This document shows positions 8,358-15,382 of a stretch of 44,637 nt of DNA, one piece after another. How positions within the stretch are numbered: the stretch's first letter is position 1; the number at the start of each line of letters is the position of its first letter. This DNA comes from an uncultured Candidatus Saccharibacteria bacterium. GTDB taxonomy: Bacteria; Patescibacteriota; CALEFQ01. The position numbers and the translations under genes were made by a program. A model generated the notes under the pieces. That model ran no database searches and was not told the origin of the DNA. It saw nothing but the letters and a program-made list of their open reading frames with translations. The stretch is from assembly GCA_964559275.1 (NCBI GenBank), contig CAZLGC010000003.1, forward strand, positions 1-44,637, in the 5' to 3' direction.

Positions 8358-9194
8358 CTAGTCCTCGGGAACGGAGATGTCCACCTCGGCGGCGAGCTGC
8401 TGCTCGGCCTCGCTTGGCTTCTTCTCCTCATCCTCGCCCCAGAGCTCGGCGTCGAGATCATCCAGGTGCTCGGAGCCTTCGACAGCCTCCAGCAGTTCGT
8501 CGAGCTGGCGGTCGCCGGCAGTTCCGGCCATAGCTTCGGCCGAATCGGCCCGGGCCACAGCCTCGCGTCGCTGTCGCTCGAGTGTCGAGAGACGCTCGCC
8601 GGTGCGGTCTTCGGAGATCCCAGCTTCCATGTCGGCGAGTCGCTGTCGTTCCTGGGCGGACAGAACGTCGGCGATGGCCTCGTGCTTGTCCTGAGCGACC
8701 TTCTCCATGCGGCGCTGCTGTTCTCGGAGGCGACGGACGTTGCGGTCGATCCGCTCGGTATACTGCTTGATGTTGGTCTGCAGCTCTTCCTCGCGCTGCT
8801 TCTTCTCGGCCAGAGTGGTCGAGTAGTCCTTGAAGGCATCGCGGAATTTGATGAAATCCGGATCCTTCTCGATGGCGGCGCGATCCAGGCCTTCACCTTC
8901 GAGCCTGGCCTTGATCTGCGCCAGCTTCTGCTTGGCGGCGATCACGGCGCGCTCGAACTTGGTGATGTCGCCGGTCAGGGCTTCGAGCTGTGCGAGACGT
9001 CGCTCGCGCTCGGCCCGGATGCTGGCATCGACATCCATGTACTCGCGGATGTTCGTCTTCAGCTCTCGGATGACGGCGTCGTACTCAGCCCTCATGGCGT
9101 CGGGATCCTTGGCGATTCGGTCCGCAGCCCGATCGGCGCGACCCGTGAAGATCGCGATGAACGAGCGCAAGACCCTTCCCAGTGCTCTGAACAT
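8358..9194 (-). CDS. PspA/IM30 family (ESCRT-III superfamily) protein
   Basis: 278 aa, almost entirely heptad-like helices. The N-terminal amphipathic segment MFRALGRVLRSFIAIF is followed by KDPDAMRAEYDAVIRELKTNI, matching the PspA pattern (A)EDPxK..L.Q.I.dm. The C-terminal tail is acidic. AAAGGAG lies upstream. Confidence 0.7.
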   Translation of the reverse strand: MFRALGRVLRSFIAIFTGRADRAADRIAKDPDAMRAEYDAVIRELKTNIREYMDVDASIRAERERRLAQLEALTGDITKFERAVIAAKQKLAQIKARLEGEGLDRAAIEKDPDFIKFRDAFKDYSTTLAEKKQREEELQTNIKQYTERIDRNVRRLREQQRRMEKVAQDKHEAIADVLSAQERQRLADMEAGISEDRTGERLSTLERQRREAVARADSAEAMAGTAGDRQLDELLEAVEGSEHLDDLDAELWGEDEEKKPSEAEQQLAAEVDISVPED

Positions 9195-9220
9195 TCTGTG
9201 CTCCTTTCTGTTGTTGCAAG

Positions 9221-9982
9221 TTATTCTTCTTCAAGAAGTTCCTCGCAAACCTCAGGGTTTAGCATGTCACGTTGCTGCTGGCGGACTTTCTTGTCAATCC
9301 GCAAGCGTTCTTCCAGTTCGTGCCTGATGGAAGATAGAGTGGTGTCAGTGGCTGGTGCCGCTACCGGCTCCAGATCCTGGATACCACTCACAATTCCGGT
9401 AAGAGACTGGACACTGGCTTCGACCTCGGTAATGAGATCTCGCCGTCTAGCCTCTAGGGCCTCACGGGCCGGTCCGTGGTTTAGATCATCCACCTTGCGA
9501 TAAAGAGCCAGCGATTGTTCCAACTGGTCAACGCAGGAGTAGAAGAGTTTATTCACCAACGACATGACGTCGTGGGTAAGGCGACCACTAAGGGCCCTGG
9601 CCCAGGGTTCGTTTTGCTCAAACCCAGCTCTGAGCACTTTTGTGATCTCACGGAGTTCTTGTAGTAGCTGTTCGGTACGGGGATCGTCATCGTAGTGCAA
9701 GTCTGTGTAGAGCTTGTCCAATCTGGCGGTTCGCTTTTCCTGCTCTTTGCTCTGAACACGGATGCGCGTTTCTTCCGCCAGCTTGTCAGACTCCAGTGTG
9801 AAGCGAGTGATGGCGATACCAGGTCCCAGAACAATGCCGACCAGGCCACCCAGAGCAGCCAGCGGCATACTCAGAGCGACACCGGCACCCAGGGCTGTTA
9901 CTCCGGCCAGAAAGGGGCCGATGGTAACCGGACTGGTAATGAGATTCAAGAGGTATTCCTTACGGAATGCCTTTCTGTCCAT
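9221..9982 (-). CDS. Membrane protein: N-terminal TM hairpin plus long helical domain, family unknown
   Basis: 253 aa. Two hydrophobic helices are present (ITSPVTIGPFLAGVTALGAGVAL and LAALGGLVGIVLGPGIAI). The rest is helical and charged. A strong AAAGGAGG SD lies upstream. The gene ends 27 nt before the PspA-like start. Confidence 0.6.
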   Translation of the reverse strand: MDRKAFRKEYLLNLITSPVTIGPFLAGVTALGAGVALSMPLAALGGLVGIVLGPGIAITRFTLESDKLAEETRIRVQSKEQEKRTARLDKLYTDLHYDDDPRTEQLLQELREITKVLRAGFEQNEPWARALSGRLTHDVMSLVNKLFYSCVDQLEQSLALYRKVDDLNHGPAREALEARRRDLITEVEASVQSLTGIVSGIQDLEPVAAPATDTTLSSIRHELEERLRIDKKVRQQQRDMLNPEVCEELLEEE

Positions 9983-10009
9983 AGCGGCCTCCTTTCTGAG
10001 GCAAGGGGA

Positions 10010-11572
10010 TCAGTAGGGTGCCTGTGCCAGTTCCAGCACGACACACGCCTGATCCGTTTTCGATTTCTTGGCGGTTTCCGCTCGCAGGCGGTTCGCCGGG
10101 ATTCCGTAGTTCTTGAGATAGGTAACGACAGCGTCAGCTCGGCGCTTGGCCAAGAGCTTGTTGGCATCGCTGTCACCGTCGCCCAGGGTGTGTCCCTTGA
10201 CCTTGATGTAAAAGTCGGACAACACCTTGAGCTCCTCGGCAGCGGTTTCGATGTCAGTTTCCGAAAAGGCACTGATATCGGCACTGCCGCGCCTGAATTC
10301 GATCGGTGCAATGCGCTTGCTGCCGGACGGCACCAGTGCTTGCCACTGCGCTTCAGTAAGTGCGGGAAGCACCGTAGTGCCCCTCACTCCGGCGAGATCA
10401 TTCGCCGAGGGGCCGGCACCATCGATGAGATTGACTCGCTTGGCGGGGTGGAAACCCTCGCCGTGCAGCGCGCGCAGAATCCCGTCGTAGTAGAGCGTAT
10501 GCTCCTTTCCCGGCAGGGGATGGTGAGCCAGAGCGTTGGTTGGCAGGAGAACTTTCTCGATCAGGAACGAAATCACGTCCTCGAGAGGACGGATTCCGGG
10601 GTTCTGCTCGATGTTGAAATAAGCGTAGTTCTCCTTGCAGTTTGTCCACCTGATGCCAGCGGCGATCTGTTCGGCTTGCTGGCGGCTGACACTTTCGCCC
10701 TGAGCCTTGGCGTCGGCTACAATCAACTCAACCATGCGGTCTTGCTGAGAGTAGTAGTAAAGGGCTTTGAGATAAGCCTCGACGATGGTTTTGACCAAGT
10801 CCGGGTTTTCGCCCAGAAAAGACCTTTCTGCGTAGAGACCATCCAAGATACAGCCCTTACACTGGGACGAATCCAGGAGCACGATCACATCGGGATCTTT
10901 GCGCGCCAGCGACACGTACGGCTCCCACAGGACATAAGCCCGGGGAAGTGCACGGTTGGCGCTCATCATCTCCCGATAGACGGCTTCGGCGTCATCTCGG
11001 TGGATAGCCCAGTCGGTCGGCATCATATCCAGAGCCCACTGAGCAACCATTACTTGCGCAATGGTTTCAGACGGCGAGCTAGGCGGCAAAACGATCCGGC
11101 CTTCGGCGCAGTTGAGGGCGTCGATGTTGGGAACGGCGCTCTTGAATGCCACGATAGCATCCGCGCCGACCGTCTCATCAATTCCCACGATCTGCGAGGC
11201 CGGGTACAAGTTGCCGGCTTTCACGCCCGCCTTGATGTAGCTTCCGATCGGGAAGACTGCGAACGGGACTTTGCCAGCCGCGAGCATCTCGACTCGCTTC
11301 TGGTAGTCCAGAACCGGTTTGTAAGCCCAGCGAATGCCTTGCTTGGCCAGAGCGTTTTCGAAGCTCTGGGAGCGCAAGATGGCATAACCGCTGAACCCGT
11401 CGCCCAGCCATTCCAGCTCGGTGTGATACTGGGACTGCGAACTGGTCGACTTGACCAGCCGCCCTTTCATCATCGGCTTGACGATGAAACGATATCCCAG
11501 CGCCAGTGCGGCGATGAGGACAATCCAGGCAACCACCATGATAAGGATGCCCTTACGTGAACGTTCGGCCAT
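10010..11572 (-). CDS. Membrane-anchored SBP-like (NMT1-type) domain fused to a C-terminal OmpA-like domain
   Basis: 520 aa. The N-terminal TM helix is ILIMVVAWIVLIAALALGY. The central region resembles sulfonate/nitrate-type binding proteins (VLWEPYVSLA). The C-terminus VKGHTLGDGDSDANKLLAKRRADAVVTYL matches the OmpA/MotB peptidoglycan-binding motif (GHTD..G...N..LS..RA.AV..YL), but the canonical Asp is replaced. Confidence 0.7.
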   Translation of the reverse strand: MAERSRKGILIMVVAWIVLIAALALGYRFIVKPMMKGRLVKSTSSQSQYHTELEWLGDGFSGYAILRSQSFENALAKQGIRWAYKPVLDYQKRVEMLAAGKVPFAVFPIGSYIKAGVKAGNLYPASQIVGIDETVGADAIVAFKSAVPNIDALNCAEGRIVLPPSSPSETIAQVMVAQWALDMMPTDWAIHRDDAEAVYREMMSANRALPRAYVLWEPYVSLARKDPDVIVLLDSSQCKGCILDGLYAERSFLGENPDLVKTIVEAYLKALYYYSQQDRMVELIVADAKAQGESVSRQQAEQIAAGIRWTNCKENYAYFNIEQNPGIRPLEDVISFLIEKVLLPTNALAHHPLPGKEHTLYYDGILRALHGEGFHPAKRVNLIDGAGPSANDLAGVRGTTVLPALTEAQWQALVPSGSKRIAPIEFRRGSADISAFSETDIETAAEELKVLSDFYIKVKGHTLGDGDSDANKLLAKRRADAVVTYLKNYGIPANRLRAETAKKSKTDQACVVLELAQAPY

Positions 11573-11646
11573 GACGGCTCCTCCTTCCTTCTGTTTTCAT
11601 CTGAAAACCTGAGGTTGTTGTTTCGTTGACAAGTTGTAAATGTTCC

Positions 11647-11745
11647 GAAGAGGCACAGGCCTCTTCTTTCCCAAAAAACCAAGTGTTTGGTTATTCATGG
11701 AAAGGAGAGGTGGGAGGGGCTGCCACTTGCGTGACAACCCCTCCC
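11647..11745 (-). terminator. Cluster of three hairpins in the 200-nt spacer between the vWA gene and the next gene (candidate internal terminator/processing site)
   Basis: The hairpins are gggagggg...cccctccc (11712..11745, about 15 bp including G-U pairs, GCAA loop), aaccaa-acac-ttggtt followed by tttttt on the minus strand (11673..11692), and gaagaggc-acag-gcctcttc (11647..11666, perfect 8 bp). Confidence 0.45.
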
Positions 11746-11772
11746 TACCAGCTGTGTGTGTTTGTGCCGTTG

Positions 11773-12711
11773 CTACAGACTGCCGAACATGGCTGCCAGC
11801 AGGCAAATGACGATCACCACCGCTATGATGATCAGGAGGATCATCAGAAAGCCGGATCCGTCACCGGTCCCAGGCGGAACGGTGGTGCCGGGCTGCTGGC
11901 TGGTATTGGCGCTTGTCTGTGAGCTGCTGTTGGTCTGGTTGGCAGCGTGGGCTGCCTGTGATTGAGGCGATTCGCCGATCGGGTGGTTGCCGGAACTGGC
12001 GAGCGCGTTGATGGCAGCGCTGGCAAGTTCCAACGGAACGGAAGCCAGGAGGTCGTAGGGATCCTCGCCGCCGTAGTCATCGCTGCCGCCGTCGCCGACT
12101 TCAGCCAGTACATCGGAGATGGCTCCCTTCAGTACGGCCGAGTCTTTGACGTTGCTGTAGCTGTGGACTTTGGTGGCCAAGATGTGGTCACTGTCCATCT
12201 CAACACCGATGCAGTCAACACGGATACCTCGGGACAGGATGTCCGGGGTATAGCGATTGACCAGGTTGGTGTCCTGGGCCTGGCCGTCCGTGATTACCAG
12301 CAGGCGGTAGGTCCCGTACCCATGCTGCTTCTGTCGTGAGGCAAGCAGGGCGTCGGCGGCGACCTTCATGTAGGCCCCCAAAGGGGTGCCCCCACCGGCT
12401 TTGACCCGGCTCACCGCATTCTTGAATGCGGGCTTGCGCAGGGGTCCCAGCGGATACGTCCAACGTGTCTTGTCCTCGGGAAAAACCAGGAGGCCGACAT
12501 TGGTTGCATCCGGAATGGAATCGATGGCCGTCTTGACCGCCTCGCGGGCATCCCTGATCTTCTTGCCCTTCATCGATCCCGAAGAATCGAGGAGGATGAC
12601 CAGGTTGTCCGTGAACTCGGCGGCGCTGGCCAGACTCGCCGACAGTAGCCAGACGGCTACCAAGGCGAGGCTGATCCAGGGGAGAGCGTGAATCTTCTTC
12701 ATGCTACTCAC
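11773..12711 (-). CDS. Secreted von Willebrand factor A (vWA) domain protein with C-terminal TM anchor
   Basis: The signal peptide is MKKIHALPWISLALVAVWLLSASLASA. MIDAS motifs are DSSGSMKG, GGTPLG and ITDGQAQD. A Ser/Thr/Gln/Asn-rich linker precedes the hydrophobic tail FLMILLIIIAVVIVICLLAAMF. Confidence 0.85.
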   Translation of the reverse strand: MSSMKKIHALPWISLALVAVWLLSASLASAAEFTDNLVILLDSSGSMKGKKIRDAREAVKTAIDSIPDATNVGLLVFPEDKTRWTYPLGPLRKPAFKNAVSRVKAGGGTPLGAYMKVAADALLASRQKQHGYGTYRLLVITDGQAQDTNLVNRYTPDILSRGIRVDCIGVEMDSDHILATKVHSYSNVKDSAVLKGAISDVLAEVGDGGSDDYGGEDPYDLLASVPLELASAAINALASSGNHPIGESPQSQAAHAANQTNSSSQTSANTSQQPGTTVPPGTGDGSGFLMILLIIIAVVIVICLLAAMFGSL

Positions 12712-12714
12712 CCC

Positions 12715-14550
12715 CTAAAAGTCGAAGTCAGCCGGCTGCATTGCCTCCGCTGACACCGACACCAGCGCGCACTCGACACGCATGTTGGCAGCCGCTTCCT
12801 GCTTGTTCCGCGGCTTGGCGTTGAACGGTTCCCGGATACCGACTCCCTGGACGGTGATCTGGCTGGCATCCAGCCGGATTCCCTTGGACTTGGCATAAGC
12901 CAGGAGTTCATCCCGGAAAGCCTCAGCCCGGTCGGCAGAGAGTCTTAGTGCCACCGTCATCACTTCCCGTGGGTCCCACTGGGCGTGACCGTCGAACTGG
13001 CCACTTTCCACCAGGCGGACCATCTCCTTGGTTGCAGTCAGATTCAGGGGTCTGCCGTTGAGAGAATAGCTCCAGTTACCTCGGGATCCGCTTCGTTTGA
13101 TCATCTCCTTGGCCATGCCGGCGTTGATCAGGTGTAATAGCGTCTTGGTTGGATCGGTGTGTCCCCGAACAGCGACGGTAGCACCGGAGTACTGGCTGGC
13201 CAGCTTGATGACCTCGTCGAAATCACGGCCGTACTTGGACCGGTCGAAGGTGCGCTGATTGGGTTCGAAGTAGGTGCAGAAGCTGTACTTGGTCTTCTCA
13301 TCCAGCTGTCCGCCGGCGGCCAGGGCTTCGATCTCGTCGGCTACGGCTTCCGGCTTGAAACGGGCGGTCTGGACCACGGAGGTGTTTCGGAGGTTGTTCT
13401 TGAAGGTGGGGGAGTTCCAATCGAGGGCGGACGGGAGCAGATCGATGCGGCGAGTGGCGTAGCCCAGCGTCGTGGCCATGTCTAGCGACTTGGCGTTGAA
13501 GGCGTCAAAGCCGGTGACGTTGTTCTCCTCAGTGAAGAAAACGACATTGCCAGGGTGACCAACCGGCTGACAGTCCAGGAAAAGGCCGTGGGCTTCATCC
13601 ATGTTCGGGACCACGTCTTTGCCGAAGAAGTTGATGGCGGTCTGCAGCGTGGCGCGGTAGTTGCGATCGCGCGGGTTCTTGCGCAGCTGCACCATCTTCT
13701 CGGCTTCCTGGAGATACGCAACTGTCAGCTTTTCGCACCAGGCGGAGTGGCTCTGGTAGAAATCGCTGCGCACAGCGACGACGTCCGCGATGGAACGTCC
13801 CAGCTCCGAAGTCGAAATCAGACGGTGTGCATCGGCGACCGTACCCTCGGCTCCCGGATTCTCCGGGTCGCCAAGCAAACCGAACATATCGGGTGTGACG
13901 ACGAAGCAGGCATCGATGGATCGATCCTTGGCGAATTTCACCGCCGGCCCCTTGGGACCGCTGATGTCATCCACCCAGACGACCTTGATGTCTGACCAGG
14001 TCAGGCCGGCCGTTTTCAGCATGTCATCGAGCATGCCCACGTGTGGTCCGCCCTTCTGCAGACATACTGTTGCTCCCTTCAACTGGGAGAGCTGCTTGAT
14101 GTGCTTGCGGGCGATACAGTGGTCACCGCGCGACCAGGTCATCTGGAACAGAATGATCGGCTTGGTGCGCGAATCGTTGCCGACGGCTTCGCTCGCCATG
14201 GCAATCATGCGGTAGGTGCCGCGCAAGAACGGAGTCTTGCCGGACATGTAGTTGCGGACCTGCCCGTAGAAGTCATCGCCGGGAATCAGCTTGATGCTGA
14301 CTCCGAACTTGTTGAGCGTCGATCCCCGCTGAGTGATGACGTTGTTCCCGTTGCCGGAGAACCACATGTATTCACCACCCCACAGAATCGCGGGCATGTC
14401 GTAGGTCTGGGCCTCACGGACGGTTCCGATTGTGACCCGGCCGAGATCCTGGCTGAAGCTCGAGACGAGCTTACCGGCATTCGCCGGCACGGTCAGGGTG
14501 GCGATCACCAGGATCGCCAGGAACAGAGTGTAACTTCGCATCTTCATCAT
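12715..14550 (-). CDS. Secreted SBP-like domain fused to a C-terminal OmpA-like domain carrying an insertion
   Basis: 611 aa. The signal peptide is MRSYTLFLAILVIATLTVPANA. The central region has a type-II binding-protein-like fold. The C-terminus has VAVRGHTDPTK and, about 75 aa later, LSADRAEAFRDELLAY, which is a split OmpA-like motif. AAAGGAGG lies 5 nt upstream of the ATG. Confidence 0.7.
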   Translation of the reverse strand: MMKMRSYTLFLAILVIATLTVPANAGKLVSSFSQDLGRVTIGTVREAQTYDMPAILWGGEYMWFSGNGNNVITQRGSTLNKFGVSIKLIPGDDFYGQVRNYMSGKTPFLRGTYRMIAMASEAVGNDSRTKPIILFQMTWSRGDHCIARKHIKQLSQLKGATVCLQKGGPHVGMLDDMLKTAGLTWSDIKVVWVDDISGPKGPAVKFAKDRSIDACFVVTPDMFGLLGDPENPGAEGTVADAHRLISTSELGRSIADVVAVRSDFYQSHSAWCEKLTVAYLQEAEKMVQLRKNPRDRNYRATLQTAINFFGKDVVPNMDEAHGLFLDCQPVGHPGNVVFFTEENNVTGFDAFNAKSLDMATTLGYATRRIDLLPSALDWNSPTFKNNLRNTSVVQTARFKPEAVADEIEALAAGGQLDEKTKYSFCTYFEPNQRTFDRSKYGRDFDEVIKLASQYSGATVAVRGHTDPTKTLLHLINAGMAKEMIKRSGSRGNWSYSLNGRPLNLTATKEMVRLVESGQFDGHAQWDPREVMTVALRLSADRAEAFRDELLAYAKSKGIRLDASQITVQGVGIREPFNAKPRNKQEAAANMRVECALVSVSAEAMQPADFDF

Positions 14551-14597
14551 TGGTTCCTCCTTTATATGAAGATGGGCCTCGCGGCCAGTTTCAGTTT

Positions 14598-14626
14598 ACA
14601 AAAACAAAGAAGGCTCCCGCCTTCCT
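14598..14626 (-). promoter_or_regulatory. Terminator-like hairpin inside the 5' leader of the GC-rich block (possible attenuator)
   Basis: On the minus strand, aggaaggc-ggga-gccttctt forms 8 bp with one G-U pair, followed by tgtttttgt. It lies about 50 nt upstream of the first start codon. Confidence 0.35.
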
Positions 14627-14731
14627 TAGGTTTGGCACAAACTTTGAATGTACAAAGTGTTTTTCGCTACGACAGAATTTTACCTCCTTGTCAAGTTAAA
14701 TCGTCGTGGCAAAATTGAAACACAGCTATTC

Positions 14732-14760
14732 TTAATAGCAGAAGAATATGTTTTTGTCAA
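14732..14760 (-). promoter_or_regulatory. Sigma70-like promoter for the GC-rich block
   Basis: On the minus strand, TTGACA (14755..14760) is separated by 17 nt from TATTAA (14732..14737). The implied leader is about 175 nt. Confidence 0.45.
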
Positions 14761-14805
14761 ATATTTGCGGCCATTGCTATGCGACAAATTGCATTTATTG
14801 GCAAG

Positions 14806-14839
14806 CAAAAAAAGAGAGCAACGACTAGTGTTGCTCTCT
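14806..14839 (-). terminator. Intrinsic terminator after the 138-aa hypothetical gene
   Basis: A perfect 10-bp stem, agagagcaac-gactagt-gttgctctct, is followed on the minus strand by ttttttt. Confidence 0.65.
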
Positions 14840-14855
14840 TTGTATAATCTGCTTT

Positions 14856-15272
14856 CTATTTAGTGTAAGCTTTCTTGATATCGCTAATTTCAGGAGGAAC
14901 TTCTGTTTCCATTGTCACTAGCTCTTCGCCCGGGGCCTGAACTTCGATCACCAGCTTCCACGGTTCGCCTTTGACAATGTAGACAGCGGCCCAGTGATCT
15001 TTGTCTCCCGGCTTGTAGGCGCCGCAGAGATTGCGGACCATCGTTTTTTCCTCGCCGGACTTGATAGCGGCGTCGAAATCTTTGGGCCAGATATCTTCAA
15101 TATTCTGGGTGCTGGCAAAGTCAGCATAGACTTTGAGCAGCGGTACCCCTTCAAGGCCCATCTGGCGGCTCATGTCGTCTGAGCCCATTTCTTTTTTGAC
15201 TGTTATCTTTTTGGGGACGCCGTCAGCCATAGTGACGATATCCTGTTCCAAAAGAACTTCACCTTCTGCCAT
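14856..15272 (-). CDS. Hypothetical protein (138 aa)
   Basis: This is an uninterrupted ORF with backbone-like composition and its own terminator. I recognise no family motif. Confidence 0.55.
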   Translation of the reverse strand: MAEGEVLLEQDIVTMADGVPKKITVKKEMGSDDMSRQMGLEGVPLLKVYADFASTQNIEDIWPKDFDAAIKSGEEKTMVRNLCGAYKPGDKDHWAAVYIVKGEPWKLVIEVQAPGEELVTMETEVPPEISDIKKAYTK

Positions 15273-15382
15273 AAGTTTTGTTTTAAGATTCTTACTTGCT
15301 TGTTTTCATTATAGCATTTTTTTGTTGCAAACTCAACCAAAATTGCTTTATCTGAGGCGGTTTTTTTGTTAAAATAGGTTTA

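Noticed and set aside
8319-11560. Long plus-strand ORFs inside the GC-rich block (8319..9503, 394 aa; 9695..11560, 621 aa; also 7338..7934 and 14041..14718)
   Set aside because: They lie antisense to minus-strand genes that have clear family motifs and SD sites. Their translations are low-complexity (Arg/Gly/Leu/Ser-rich) with no motifs. These are typical shadow ORFs of GC-rich DNA.
3311-14855. Direct repeats, att-like sites, tRNA fragments, integrase or transposase at the borders of the GC-rich block
   Set aside because: By-eye comparison of 3311..3462 with 14551..14855 found no shared 10-mer or longer and no mobility gene. This needs a computational repeat search. I therefore do not annotate a mobile element.
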